Shown here: positions 18,176 through 28,974 of the stretch, in pieces
How positions within the stretch are numbered: position 1 is the stretch's first letter
How the letters are laid out: every line of letters begins with the position of its first letter
Source: Planctomycetota bacterium
GTDB taxonomy: Bacteria > Planctomycetota > UBA8108 > SXIK01
DNA: 64,000 nucleotides
Assembly (NCBI GenBank): GCA_965223265.1
Contig: OZ244999.1
Coordinates: 928,001 to 992,000, forward strand
Reading direction: 5' to 3'
Position numbers and translations under genes: made by a program
Notes under the pieces: model-generated
What the model was told of the DNA's origin: nothing
Database searches by the model: none
Seen by the model: only the letters and a program-made list of their open reading frames with translations

Positions 18176-21100
18176 ATGATTGCAGTTGACCCATCCCGGT
18201 CGCTGGCTCTGCTGGCGGTGGCAACACTCGTTCTGGGTATGACTCAACTCCACTGCGACGGCAGGACGGCAGGCCAAGAGCCGGCAGCCGCAATGAACGA
18301 GGCGATTGGACTCCTTGACCGCTACGACTATCCCCGTGCCTACGAGCGGTTCAGCGAGTTAGTCGACGAATTCCCGCAGTGGGTGGGTGCTCATGTCAAC
18401 CGTGGCATTGCCGCGCTGAACGTGCAGGGAGACGAGTACTTTCGAGTCGCTGAACGTTCGTTTAAGAGCGCCCTGAAGCTCGATCCCGACTGCTGTTATG
18501 CCCTGTTCGGGCTCGGGATCCTTTATGAGTACACCGAGCGTTTCGACGACGCCTACGAAGCGTTTCAGCGTGTCGCGGAGCGAGACCCACATGAGCCGTT
18601 CACGCGCTACTACCTCGGCAACTTGCTTGCCAATCGTGGTGAGCTCGATGCGGCGCGGCGTGAGCTCGAGCGCGCGATTGAGCTGCAGCCGTCGCTTGCT
18701 TCGGCACACTACAGGCTGCGTCCCATCTATTACCGCTTGAAGAAGAAAACGGAAATGAAGCGGGCGGTTGGAGAGTTCGATCGTCTTGAGAAGGCGCGCG
18801 CGGGGTTGATCGTCGACGTCAAGTACGGCGATTCTGGAAAGTACTCGCTCGCCATGCGAGATCTCCCGCCCCTTCGGGGGCCTGAGAGAGGGTCGCCGCC
18901 GAAGGCCGGCTCTCTGCGGTGGGGTGCGCGACGCGTGGTGTCGTCGCGCGGGGCAGTCGAGCGACGTCGTCCTGACGGCAAGGCTCTCGCGCCGGGTGTG
19001 TCATTCGCAGACTTTGACGCCGACGGTACGCTCGAGATCGTACTCTGCTCAGTCCCAATCGATGGCGGTGGCACCGGCGTGACCATCGTCGCCTCGCCGA
19101 CACCCGATACTTTCGTTCGCCAGAGCACGATGAAGACCGACGCGCTTCTCTGCGCGACAGGCGACTTCGACGGCGACGCGAAGACAGACTTGGTGCTAGC
19201 AGGAGAGGGTTGGCTGCGAGTCTACCACGTCGACGCGCAAGGCCTCCTCAGTCCAGCCTCGATGAAAGTCGATGGCGATCACACCGGCTTTCCTGTCCGC
19301 CTCTTCGCCGTTGATGCGGACAGCGACTGGGACCTCGACATCGTCTGTCTGCGCCAGCAGTCTCAAGGTGGGCGCGTGGTCTCGAAGCTTCAGGTCATGA
19401 ATAACAACCGCGACGGTAGCTTCCGCGATATCGCACCCTCGGCAGAGGTTGACGTTTTCGACTTCCCGGCCGGCGAGCTTATCGTCACGGACCTCGACGG
19501 CGACATCGATGTCGACTTTGCGGTCATCGATTCCCAAACAGGGCGCGTTGTTGTCTGCGTCAACGATCGGGTTTGGCGCTGGCGCCGGCTCGACGGAAAG
19601 GACTTGGGCTGGATCGGTGCCGGGGCACCCGTATCGGCGCGCGCCGCCGACATCGACGCAGATGGCGCCCCCGACTTTTTGATTTGTGATGAGAGTGGCG
19701 TTTCGCTGGTGCGCAACGAGGGAGCTCTTCGCTTTCGCGTCGATTCCGACTTTCGAAAGCGTCTCGGACCCGTCGCCGCAGCCGTCGGCGTGACTGCAGA
19801 CTTCACCGCCGAGATGCAGCCGAGCCTTCTGCTCTTGCCGGCAGTCCCCGGCGGGGATAGCGGTCATGGTGACGCCGCGCTGCGATTCGTCGCACGCCTT
19901 GGCTTACCGGGAGCTTCCTCTGCTGCTGTGGATCTGGCAGCGCCGAGTCCGTACGGAGATTCACGCGCGGGATTGAGCGTCGCCACAGTGCTCCTCTCAC
20001 CGCGCGGCGGGCCCTCTCTCTTCGTCTACGACACGACTCATGGCGCTCAGCTTTGGGACATCGACTCGGTGCGCCGCTGGATCGGCTTTGAGTTGGTCGG
20101 GCCGACGAAGCCGCTTCGCGACAAGGAACGCTCCAACGTCGGTGGGATCGGCGCTACAACTCAGGTGCGGGCGGGCGAGAGTGAGGCCGTCGTGCAGGTT
20201 GATACCGGCGCTGCCGGTACGGTGCGAGAACCGCCGCGTATTTGGGTTGGCCTGGACGGCGTAGATCACGTTGACTCGCTGCGTGTTTTTTGGCCGGACG
20301 GCGTCCTGCAGGCGGAGCTCGCCCTGGTCGGCAATCGGCTTCACCGCATCGTCGAGATCGATCGCAAGCCCTCGTCTTGCCCGATTCTCTTCGCCTGGGA
20401 TGGTGAGCAGTTCGCGTTTGTTGGAGACTTCCTCGGCGTCGGTGGAATCGGATACTTCGAAGCGCCAGGTGAATACAACCGGCCTGATCCGACCGAGTTC
20501 TTAGTGTTGCCCGACTTGAAGCCGCAGAAAGACGAGAGCCATGGCCGCGCGTCCTATCACCTCGAAGTACTCGAGCCGCTTGAAGAGTGCACTTACCTCG
20601 ACGAGTTCACACTCGTAGCGGTTGATCATCCTGCGGATCTCAGGCTCCTTCCTGATGAGCGCTTTGCGTTGAATGGACCGCAGCCCGGGTTCCAGCTTTT
20701 GGAGTTTTCCCGCCAACACTTTCCGGAATCAGCAGTGGACACCGACGGACGTGACGTCACGGACGCCCTTCAGCGTGTCGATCGCACCTATGCTAATGAG
20801 GTGGAACATGATCGCCGATTCTCAGGCCGTGCGGTTCGCGACCACCACGTTGTGATGGACTTCGGAACTGCGATCGATCGTGTGCTCGCCGATGCTGCTT
20901 CCCAACGCGACGAGCAGTTCCCTGTTCTTTTTCTCTACGGTTACATCGAGTATGGATACTCGACGTCGAACTTTGCGGCGTCTCAGGCGCGCGCGGAGTT
21001 TCGTCCTCCCACGTTCGAAGTTGAACGCGGTGGGCGTTGGGTGGAACTACGCCGCGACTGGGGATTCCCGGCCGGCACGCCTCGCTTCATGTCCGTGGAT

Positions 21101-21847
21101 TTGGCGGGACTGCTGGAGCCCGGTGATCGTCGGCTGCGCGTTCGCACCAACATGGAGATCTATTGGGATCAAGCGTTTTTGACCGCGGCGGCGCGTCTTC
21201 GCGACGACGGGTCGACACGAACGATGGAGCTCCAGCCGGACGTGGCCACACTCGACTTCGCAGGGTTCATCCCGGAGCGCTCTCCGGATGGTCTGATGCC
21301 CAAGCTGTTTCTCTATGAAGATCTCAGACCGTCGGCTCCCTTTCGAATCATGCCTGGGAACTACACTCGCTTTGGTGATGTTCGCGAGCTTCTCGTGGAG
21401 ACGGACGATCGTTTCGCCCTGTTTGGGCCTGGCGAGCGGTTGAAGCTCCGATTCCAGGCTGATCGTTTGCCTCCACTGAGGTCATCTATGAAACGATCGT
21501 TTTTCGCCAAGGTGACTGGCTATTGTAAGGACATGGACCTCTACACGGCGCACCCCGATCGAGTTGAGCCACTGCCGTTTGCCTCAATGTCGAGCTACCC
21601 TTACGGCAGCGAGAGTCTTCCGTCTCGATTGGACGAGTACGGCCGGAGGTGGAACAGTCGCCGGGTGGACGCCGCACGGTTCGAAGGTTACGACGAGGGC
21701 GATGCCGTGTGGAAGGCGGCTGCGGCGCGGCGCTCCGGATCAGCGGAGCAGGGGCGAAGTGCTCAAGGCACGCACTCGAGGTCGTCGGGAGTCGGATCGA
21801 GTCCCGGGTCAGGGAAGGGTTCTGGGACCGTATTCGCCTCACCCTGA
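18176..21847 (+). CDS. Secreted TPR + FG-GAP repeat + ASPIC/UnbV domain protein
   Basis: Signal peptide, TPRs, DFDADG/DFDGDAKTDL/DLDGDIDVD repeats, SNVGGIGA...WPDGVLQAE, SSCPILFAWDG, GYCKDMD; start moved to ATG 18176. Confidence 0.88.
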   Translation: MIAVDPSRSLALLAVATLVLGMTQLHCDGRTAGQEPAAAMNEAIGLLDRYDYPRAYERFSELVDEFPQWVGAHVNRGIAALNVQGDEYFRVAERSFKSALKLDPDCCYALFGLGILYEYTERFDDAYEAFQRVAERDPHEPFTRYYLGNLLANRGELDAARRELERAIELQPSLASAHYRLRPIYYRLKKKTEMKRAVGEFDRLEKARAGLIVDVKYGDSGKYSLAMRDLPPLRGPERGSPPKAGSLRWGARRVVSSRGAVERRRPDGKALAPGVSFADFDADGTLEIVLCSVPIDGGGTGVTIVASPTPDTFVRQSTMKTDALLCATGDFDGDAKTDLVLAGEGWLRVYHVDAQGLLSPASMKVDGDHTGFPVRLFAVDADSDWDLDIVCLRQQSQGGRVVSKLQVMNNNRDGSFRDIAPSAEVDVFDFPAGELIVTDLDGDIDVDFAVIDSQTGRVVVCVNDRVWRWRRLDGKDLGWIGAGAPVSARAADIDADGAPDFLICDESGVSLVRNEGALRFRVDSDFRKRLGPVAAAVGVTADFTAEMQPSLLLLPAVPGGDSGHGDAALRFVARLGLPGASSAAVDLAAPSPYGDSRAGLSVATVLLSPRGGPSLFVYDTTHGAQLWDIDSVRRWIGFELVGPTKPLRDKERSNVGGIGATTQVRAGESEAVVQVDTGAAGTVREPPRIWVGLDGVDHVDSLRVFWPDGVLQAELALVGNRLHRIVEIDRKPSSCPILFAWDGEQFAFVGDFLGVGGIGYFEAPGEYNRPDPTEFLVLPDLKPQKDESHGRASYHLEVLEPLEECTYLDEFTLVAVDHPADLRLLPDERFALNGPQPGFQLLEFSRQHFPESAVDTDGRDVTDALQRVDRTYANEVEHDRRFSGRAVRDHHVVMDFGTAIDRVLADAASQRDEQFPVLFLYGYIEYGYSTSNFAASQARAEFRPPTFEVERGGRWVELRRDWGFPAGTPRFMSVDLAGLLEPGDRRLRVRTNMEIYWDQAFLTAAARLRDDGSTRTMELQPDVATLDFAGFIPERSPDGLMPKLFLYEDLRPSAPFRIMPGNYTRFGDVRELLVETDDRFALFGPGERLKLRFQADRLPPLRSSMKRSFFAKVTGYCKDMDLYTAHPDRVEPLPFASMSSYPYGSESLPSRLDEYGRRWNSRRVDAARFEGYDEGDAVWKAAAARRSGSAEQGRSAQGTHSRSSGVGSSPGSGKGSGTVFASP

Positions 21848-23658
21848 AACAGAGCTGCGATCAGACGGACGGGATCACTGATATCGATGGTTCCATCGTC
21901 GTTGACGTCCATCGCTTTTTCGCACGTGGCGCCATCTCCGGAACGGAACAAGTGGTTGAGCACGAACACTGCGTCGGCCAGGTCCGTGTTGCCGTCGCCG
22001 TTGGTCTCGCCGCGGATGAACGGCGTCTCGCTTCCGACGATCAGCCGACTTGGAGAGACGAATGGAACCGCCGCATCACCCTCAACCGGTTCGAATCGAA
22101 GCAGGACAGGAGGCGCGCCAAGGCGGTCTTCCACGTGCAACTCCGTTTCTGTCCCTGGGCTCGCCGTCGGATCGACGTCGAAGACAAGACGAGCGACGAG
22201 TAGGTCAGAGCCGGCCGGTATTTCTTCATTTCCGACGATACTTATAACGACGGAGAGCGTGGCGACACCGAGATTGTTGTCGATGTCTTGCGCGGACACG
22301 TCGGCGTTGGCGCTGAGCGTGCCCTCGACGGAGAACTCGCGCATCGAGACGACTGCGGGATCGAACGTGAGGCCAAAAGAGAACGCCCCGAGACTGTCGG
22401 GTGACGTCGCCAACACGTCGACGATCGTTGAGGTGCCAGGTGCGGCGGCATTCCCGACTAGCCGCAACTCGTAGGGGTTGTAAGTGAACGCGTTGTCGAG
22501 TGTTTGGATGGACTGCCCGTCCAGTTCAACCCGTACATCTTGCTCGCCGCTCGTCTGACTAGCTGGCAACGATCCAACGATTCTTGTCGCATCGACTTGC
22601 GTCTGACTCTCGAGAGGAAGGTCGCCGATCAAGATGACAACTCCATCCGAAAAACCGACCCCATCTACCTGGATTGGAATGCCACCGCGCGTCGGTCCTT
22701 CGTTCGGTGAGATCGAGTTGACGGTGGGTGGCGCTTCGCCGTAGCGATATGCGCTCGTCAGGGTTGAGGAACCGAGTGAGTTCGAAACGGTGATGTCGAC
22801 GCTGCCGCGCGCATGTGGGGGCATGTCAGTGATGACTATCTTGCCGCAGTCTTGCACATGCCAGCGTGATGACAGCACACTCAGTCCGTCGATCTGCAGA
22901 GTCGTGTCAGCCGTCAGCGTGAAGTTGAAGCCGCCCAGCGTGACGACGTTGCCCCCGGTCTCCGGTCCGAACGTCGGATCGACAGAGAGCAGCGTGGACG
23001 AGGGGACGCTTTCGCGCACGGTACCGTAGAGGGAGGCGATGCCGTCGAGGTCGTCGGCATGGAGCGTCCGCAGCGACAGCGCCCTGGCGCTTGCGGAGGC
23101 GAACATCGTTGCGCTTTGGATATCGCTGTGGCCGAGGCCAACTGCGTGGCCGAACTCATGCGCCGCGACGCCTGTTATGTCCAGTGTTCCCGCTTGCGGA
23201 TCACCTGGGCCGCTCCAGACGAGAGCTGATCCTTCGGTCTGGGCGTAAAAGATAATGTCAAACGCACTGATCAGATTCGTCGTCTCGGAGATGGCGAGCA
23301 GTGTCGCGGCGAGGGCTCCTTCGCCATCCGCATTGGCCCAGAAGACCGAATGTATGCCGTCGTCCGCTATGCGTGCCACGTTCGTCGTGCCGCCGAAGTT
23401 CAGGGAGAAGCCAGAAAGCGTTTGGTCCTCCCAAGCACTGGCGCCGCACATCATGGCAGCAATCTGTTCTTCGATCGTCCCAGCCGCATCTCCTGGAAAG
23501 TTCGGGTTGATGTGATACGTGAACCCAGTCGTTGGCCAGGATCCAAGTACCTCGAACGCATCGATCGAACTGGTCGGAGAGAGGGTCGCGACCCAGGCAG
23601 TCACTAACGCAAAACGCGCTGCGCGGGCACGACGCCAAAAGTCACTCGCACGACTCAT
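21763..23658 (-). CDS. Secreted matrixin (M10) metalloprotease with 2 IPT/TIG, cohesin-like and dockerin domains
   Basis: HEFGHAVGLGHS plus Met-turn ATM; VDPTFGPETGG and ISPNEGPTRGG IPT starts; LGAFSFGLTFDP cohesin-like segment; FIRGETNGDGNTDLAD...DVNDDGTIDISD dockerin. Confidence 0.88.
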   Translation of the reverse strand: MSRASDFWRRARAARFALVTAWVATLSPTSSIDAFEVLGSWPTTGFTYHINPNFPGDAAGTIEEQIAAMMCGASAWEDQTLSGFSLNFGGTTNVARIADDGIHSVFWANADGEGALAATLLAISETTNLISAFDIIFYAQTEGSALVWSGPGDPQAGTLDITGVAAHEFGHAVGLGHSDIQSATMFASASARALSLRTLHADDLDGIASLYGTVRESVPSSTLLSVDPTFGPETGGNVVTLGGFNFTLTADTTLQIDGLSVLSSRWHVQDCGKIVITDMPPHARGSVDITVSNSLGSSTLTSAYRYGEAPPTVNSISPNEGPTRGGIPIQVDGVGFSDGVVILIGDLPLESQTQVDATRIVGSLPASQTSGEQDVRVELDGQSIQTLDNAFTYNPYELRLVGNAAAPGTSTIVDVLATSPDSLGAFSFGLTFDPAVVSMREFSVEGTLSANADVSAQDIDNNLGVATLSVVISIVGNEEIPAGSDLLVARLVFDVDPTASPGTETELHVEDRLGAPPVLLRFEPVEGDAAVPFVSPSRLIVGSETPFIRGETNGDGNTDLADAVFVLNHLFRSGDGATCEKAMDVNDDGTIDISDPVRLIAALFQGEANTVPEPFPDPGLDPTPDDLECVP

Positions 23659-24398
23659 CGGGAGCTCTCCGGACCCGCTTGACGTCGTAGGGTCGCAGAA
23701 GAATGGGTGGGGTGGCTTGAGCGATCCTGCTGCGAGAACAGAGCCACCTGGCTTCGAATCGTGCTCAATGGTGTCGAACGACCGATCGGTAGCGACGGGC
23801 GCCCGATCGCCGCTGTGCCGTCTGGCGAGAGCCGGTACTTACCCTGCTTCCAGCCGGTGTTGCAAAGGCGCCGATCGGCGCCGCGGCGGAGAAAAACGAG
23901 CACCGACTCGTTGACTTCATAGTGAGCGGCTTCGGGGCAGACGTAGCGCACACCGTCGAGAGTACCTCCCAGAGTTCGAAACGTGATCTCTTCGACCTCC
24001 TGAGTCGAGTTTGGCCTCTTCAGCCATCCGGTCACTCGAATGGTGACGTCGGTGAACGGCAGTAGGCCGACGTTTTCCACTTCCTCTCGATACGAGCGCA
24101 AACGGACGACCTTGCCTGTGGCGACCATCTCTGAGCGCACCGCAATCTCCTCGAAACTGACCCGCTTCAACGCGCCTTCAGCGTGGCGAGCGGAGGCAAG
24201 AAACGTCGTGGCGACGACACAAAGGAGAGTCAGACCCAAGACCCATTTCGCGGTCACAGAGGTCGCGGGTGTCGGTTTCGCGGTGACGGAACGCACAGCG
24301 ATTGATGTCACGGCGGTAGACCGTGTCGCGCGGCTGGAAATCATGAGTGTTTGCTCCCTCGGCGGGGGATGGATGGCGGAGCGCCCTGATCCGATCAT
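23655..24398 (-). CDS. Secreted hypothetical protein, protease prodomain/OB-fold-like
   Basis: Signal peptide; VATGKVV, TDVTIRV, GGTLDG...P...Y...E.VLVFL, GWKQGKYRL; ATGA overlap with the matrixin gene. Confidence 0.7.
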   Translation of the reverse strand: MIGSGRSAIHPPPREQTLMISSRATRSTAVTSIAVRSVTAKPTPATSVTAKWVLGLTLLCVVATTFLASARHAEGALKRVSFEEIAVRSEMVATGKVVRLRSYREEVENVGLLPFTDVTIRVTGWLKRPNSTQEVEEITFRTLGGTLDGVRYVCPEAAHYEVNESVLVFLRRGADRRLCNTGWKQGKYRLSPDGTAAIGRPSLPIGRSTPLSTIRSQVALFSQQDRSSHPTHSSATLRRQAGPESSR

Positions 24399-24626
24399 AT
24401 GACGAATTCTGCCGTGGTGTAACCAAAAAACGACTCCCTTCCCAGGTGTCCACGGCTATGCCCCAAGTCGCTTTGGCGCGCGCAGGTGCGGCGTTGCGAA
24501 AACAAGGTTTGGTCGTTAAAAAGAGGGCCGCTTGGGCGGTTGAATCTACCGACCTGTGGCTCGAGCTGCTGAACGAGATCTCTTCGACGCAGCACCCAAC
24601 CAAGAGTAAGAGCGACGAACTCCACG

Positions 24627-25952
24627 ATGCGTCTCAACGAAGTCGATTCCGTAACAGAATCCTACCCAGACGTCCCGCGAGAAGCTGTCGTCAAAGAAGA
24701 CCTGCTGCGACTTGGAGTCGGCTTCTCGGAGGACGCGTTGTGTGTCGCGTCAGGTTACAAACCGAAGAGTTACTTCATCTTTAGTTTCGATCTGCGGCCA
24801 ATTGCTGAGCTCGAACGCGGTGAACATCTCCGTGCGCCGGAAGAGATCGCGCTTTCGGGGGGACCGCGAGATTTTCGCCGCACGATCGTCAGCGTGCGGC
24901 TCAACCCGGCGTCACCGTACTGCGTCACCCTTGACGACGGGCGACTCGTGCTTGAGGTGGATGGTGAGGTTTTGGCGAACGTCGACCTGCAGGAAACGCC
25001 CTCTTACTACAAGCGGCAGCTTCCGAGTGGTCGAAGCGTCACCGAGCTCGCGCCTACCATTGAGTGGGGCTACTTGGTCTACCTCACGGCATACCGCAAG
25101 TGCCAGTACTTTGGATTTCAGGAGGAGTGTCAGTTCTGCGACATCAACGAGAACGTGCGACAGCAAAAAGCGACAGGACGCACGTACAACACGGTCAAGG
25201 AGACCGACGAAATCCTTGACGCGCTGGCCATCATCGACGAAGAGGACGTCGAACGGCGCTCCCAGGCCTACACGCTCACCGGCGGCAGCATCACTCGGCA
25301 TCTGCGCGGCGAGACCGAAGTCGAGTTCTACGCACGCTACGCCGAAGCGATCAACGGTCGTTTCCCGGGTCGGTGGATCTCGAAGCTTGTGATTCAAGCT
25401 CATCCCAAACCAAGCTTGCAGCGCTTCGTCGATGCTGGAGTGCAGATTTACCACCCGAACTACGAGGTGTGGGACCCGCAGCTGTTTCGGGTGATTTGCC
25501 CGGGGAAAGAACGCTACATTGGGCGGGATGAGTGGGTACGGCGCATCGTTGATGCCGCCGACGTGTTCGGCCCTTCGCGTGTGATCCCGAATTTCGTCGC
25601 CGGCGTCGAGATGGCTCGTCCGCATGGGTTCAAAAGCGTCGAAGAGGCGCTTGCGTCGACGGGTGAGGGCCTTGATTTCTTCATGTCTCATGGGATCACC
25701 CCGCGCTACACGACGTGGTGCCCCGAGCCGCTCAGTGTTCTCGGGCGCGATCAAGGGCCGGCGCCCCTGGCCTATCACGTCGGTCTCCTCCGGCTGTGGC
25801 GGGAGACGCTGCAGCGCTACGATCTCCCCGCACCTCCGGGATACGGCGAGCCTGGGGTCGGCCGCGCCGTCTTTTCGGTCAGCGCCTTTATGGAATCCCT
25901 TCCACCAGACTCGGCCGTTGCCTCCTTGGTGGCATCATCGAGAACGGGTTAG
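24627..25952 (+). CDS. Radical SAM protein with CX8CX2C motif
   Basis: CQYFGFQEECQFC, LTGGS, NYEVWD...ICPGK, NFVAGVE. Confidence 0.8.
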   Translation: MRLNEVDSVTESYPDVPREAVVKEDLLRLGVGFSEDALCVASGYKPKSYFIFSFDLRPIAELERGEHLRAPEEIALSGGPRDFRRTIVSVRLNPASPYCVTLDDGRLVLEVDGEVLANVDLQETPSYYKRQLPSGRSVTELAPTIEWGYLVYLTAYRKCQYFGFQEECQFCDINENVRQQKATGRTYNTVKETDEILDALAIIDEEDVERRSQAYTLTGGSITRHLRGETEVEFYARYAEAINGRFPGRWISKLVIQAHPKPSLQRFVDAGVQIYHPNYEVWDPQLFRVICPGKERYIGRDEWVRRIVDAADVFGPSRVIPNFVAGVEMARPHGFKSVEEALASTGEGLDFFMSHGITPRYTTWCPEPLSVLGRDQGPAPLAYHVGLLRLWRETLQRYDLPAPPGYGEPGVGRAVFSVSAFMESLPPDSAVASLVASSRTG

Positions 25953-26066
25953 TCGGGGCGTACGGCTAAGGCTAAGGCTGCTAGGGCTAGCGTTCCGAGC
26001 CCGTCTCCGATGCGTACGGCCGTCGTTGTAGCGGCGTGTTCTCGTGCCTCTTCTCTCGCAGCGCAA

Positions 26067-27158
26067 TCAGGGACGCTCGAGCCATAGGTCTCCAGAGCGT
26101 CGACGGTATGAGCTATGGATGTGCGCGGCGCCGTTTTGTGTGTTGGAGTAGTTGATCACGAAGCTCGGCCCGTGTACCAGATACGAGTGCGGTTCGAACT
26201 TCTTCAGGCTGCCGCGCCATGCGACGTGCGTTGCATCGATGCCGCCACTCTCTTCAATCGCGGCCCACTCTTCCTTGGCCTGATCCGCCGCGAACTTTTC
26301 GATGTGTGTTGCGATGAGCCGCCGAAGCGCGTCCTTCTGTGGGGCGGAGAGGACGTTCACGGCGACGCCATCTGGGTAGGGTCCGTCGTAACTCGCTTTT
26401 TGTGTGCTGGGAACTTCTTCCGGTACGGAGTCGGCCTTGCCGAGACAGGCGCGGAGGTGCGCTGCGTCGAGTGACGTGACGAACTCGCGCGCTAGGTCCT
26501 CCTCTTCAGCGAGGACACGCAGCGTTCGTCCTGGACCGGCTTCAATCACCGACGGATTAGAGCCATAGAAAGCTGGAGTGCGAGAGGTGATCTCTGCGCC
26601 GTCGAGCGTGAAATTCAGGCAGAGGTGATGCCCCTCGAAACGCCATCCCCACTTCCCTTTGTCTGCGGGAGTGCCGAAGAAGCTGACGAAGTAGAGCTGC
26701 GGATCTCGAGGAAATCTTCGCCCCGGACCCTCCAGAAGTGCTAACACCGACTCTAACTCGCGGATTTGTTCGACCGTCTTATAGCCGACTTCGCTGAGGC
26801 CACTCTTGAGAAGCTCTGTGAGCTTGCCGCGCTGCGATTCGCTCAGCAGGTCTAAGGAAACGCCCTTCCGAGGACGTGGGATGAAGTGCCAGTCGGCGTG
26901 TTCGTCGCCGCCGTACTCGAACAGTGCTTTGGCTTGGGTCTCGCTTGCGAGCGCCTGCCATAGGTTGCTGGCTGCGGCAACCATCCTTGTACCTGAGTTC
27001 GCCGCACCTTTCGCCGCGGCACTCCCCGGCGAGTCAATGCTCATGCGGCTGCCGAACCACGCTGCCAGAAGGAAGAGAGAGCTGGCGATGAGTAGCGTTC
27101 GGTTGGTTCGATGCTTCGACACTCGATTCTTTGGCGTGTGACTCAAAGCGCGGCTCAT
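26067..27158 (-). CDS. DUF3500 domain secreted protein
   Basis: WHFIP..RKG, WGWRFEGHHL.LNFT, TP.F.G.NP, HIHS. Confidence 0.85.
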   Translation of the reverse strand: MSRALSHTPKNRVSKHRTNRTLLIASSLFLLAAWFGSRMSIDSPGSAAAKGAANSGTRMVAAASNLWQALASETQAKALFEYGGDEHADWHFIPRPRKGVSLDLLSESQRGKLTELLKSGLSEVGYKTVEQIRELESVLALLEGPGRRFPRDPQLYFVSFFGTPADKGKWGWRFEGHHLCLNFTLDGAEITSRTPAFYGSNPSVIEAGPGRTLRVLAEEEDLAREFVTSLDAAHLRACLGKADSVPEEVPSTQKASYDGPYPDGVAVNVLSAPQKDALRRLIATHIEKFAADQAKEEWAAIEESGGIDATHVAWRGSLKKFEPHSYLVHGPSFVINYSNTQNGAAHIHSSYRRRSGDLWLERP

Positions 27159-27275
27159 CGAATGCGCCTCCTAACCCGGTTTAGATTCCTTGGTGCTTTC
27201 AACGACGTTGCGGTCGTTCCCCATGATGGTTCGACAGTATACGCGGTTCGATCATGAGCGCCAACGGGCGTTTCG

Positions 27276-28646
27276 TCATGGCGTACTGGCGGCCGTCTCG
27301 GCGCGGTCAAACTTTGCACTCCACCACATGCCGATGCCAGTGACGACAAGCACCACGAAGGAGATGAAGAAAATCGTATTGGCGTCAAAATACTCGAGGA
27401 GTTTTACGCCGACGAACGGCGCAATGGCCCATCGGAGTCCAGTGAGGGCTGTATGGATGCCAGAGTAGAGGGGGGCACGGTGCGGGTCGCGAGCGAAGTA
27501 GAGCGGTCCGAGCATCCAGACGAGTGTCCCACCCCCGAACGCAATGCCGCGGCAGATTCGGCCAACGTAGATCCACCCGATGCTCGGCGCCAGTGCAAGA
27601 GCCAGCGGATCGAGAGCGAAGATCAGATTCAAGATGCCGCGCACGGCCGAAGGCGAGAAGCGGTCAACCTGCTTTCCCCACCAAACCATCGTGACGGCCA
27701 TGCCGCCGAACACCAGGACGACGTTGATCATCGCAAGTTCGAAATAACCAACTTTCAGTTCTTCGACCGCGTAGATCTGCGTCAAGGGGATCGTCATGAT
27801 GTTGGCGAAGCCGAACAGAAAGAAGAAGCACTGAAATCGTCGAAACGGGCGGTCTTCGCGCCACACCCTGTGAAACTCACGGAGCATCGCCCAGGGGGTC
27901 GCTGTGCGATCACTGTCGTTGACCGCGAACGACTCAATGCGGATTCGGCGAATAAACCGACTCCCGGCGAAAGCTAAAACCGCTGCGATCGCGATCGAGT
28001 ACTGAAGAGTGTCGGCGAGAGGCAAGGGGCACTTGCCCAACACTTTGACGAGCTCTTCCTTGCCGAGGCTCCAGTCGAGGAAGATCGAGCCGAAGAGTGC
28101 CACCAGCGTGGTGACGACCAGCTGCAATTGGCGCACTCTGCCGACAAGTCGACCTCGTTCGTGCGTGGGAAAGTTTGCTCGGTAGATCGTCACCCTCGCC
28201 GGAATCCCGAGCGACCAAAAGATATTGGCGCCGACGTGGAGAGCGACAAAGACGAACGAGAGGTGCGGCCGGACGAAGAAGAGTGGAATGAGGCAGATGC
28301 TGGTCGCGACCTGCAATCGATAGAGGATCGAAACCGGCGAGTAGCGCTGCGCGAGGTGCGCCGCCAAGAACGCCAAGAGCATGCCGAAGCTTCTGCCACT
28401 GGTGAGAATCGCGAGTTCGAGATCGCTGGCGTTGTAGCCCTTCTTCGCGATCGCCGGTCCCATTTCGAGCAAGCAGATGACTCCAGCGGCGAGCAAGCTG
28501 GCCGTCAGGTCAAGGTTCCACGTGCGCCGCACGTTCGCCGGCGGTGCACTGAAGGATTCCTCCGAATGAAGGTCGTCGTCGCCGGCCTTCTTGACGTGCG
28601 TCGTCTTCGGAAGAAGTGAGTGGCTTGGGGTCTTGGGGAGACGCAC
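27276..28646 (-). CDS. MFS transporter
   Basis: About 12 hydrophobic segments, NFP..ERGRLVG, WGKQVDRF; start uncertain. Confidence 0.85.
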   Translation of the reverse strand: MRLPKTPSHSLLPKTTHVKKAGDDDLHSEESFSAPPANVRRTWNLDLTASLLAAGVICLLEMGPAIAKKGYNASDLELAILTSGRSFGMLLAFLAAHLAQRYSPVSILYRLQVATSICLIPLFFVRPHLSFVFVALHVGANIFWSLGIPARVTIYRANFPTHERGRLVGRVRQLQLVVTTLVALFGSIFLDWSLGKEELVKVLGKCPLPLADTLQYSIAIAAVLAFAGSRFIRRIRIESFAVNDSDRTATPWAMLREFHRVWREDRPFRRFQCFFFLFGFANIMTIPLTQIYAVEELKVGYFELAMINVVLVFGGMAVTMVWWGKQVDRFSPSAVRGILNLIFALDPLALALAPSIGWIYVGRICRGIAFGGGTLVWMLGPLYFARDPHRAPLYSGIHTALTGLRWAIAPFVGVKLLEYFDANTIFFISFVVLVVTGIGMWWSAKFDRAETAASTP

Positions 28647-28974
28647 TGAGACTCTTGGGTGGTGCTTCTACGTGTCAGGTGCAGCCCGTGCATCAGGCGG
28701 CCTATGGTCCTCTCGGCCACCGCAGCTCGAATCCGCAGACCGGTCGGTCGGCGCAACAGTGCTCTCTTGTGAGTCAACCTGGGCGGGCGCGGGTGGGAGG
28801 AACCGTTCATGCTACCAGATCTCACGCCTTGATGTCGGCTCTGAGCGCTCTCCGGCAAGCGAGAACGAGATCTCGCCTCACCCCTCGTGCCGGAAGCGAC
28901 AGCGACAGCGCCGCGTTCGGGCATGTGTCGACGATATGCGGAGGCTGTCGCTTACGTGGTGGACAAACGCGACG

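Noticed and set aside
21763-21847. 85-nt convergent overlap of the ASPIC and matrixin genes
   Set aside because: The overlap encodes a low-complexity tail on the + gene, most likely from a drifted stop codon.
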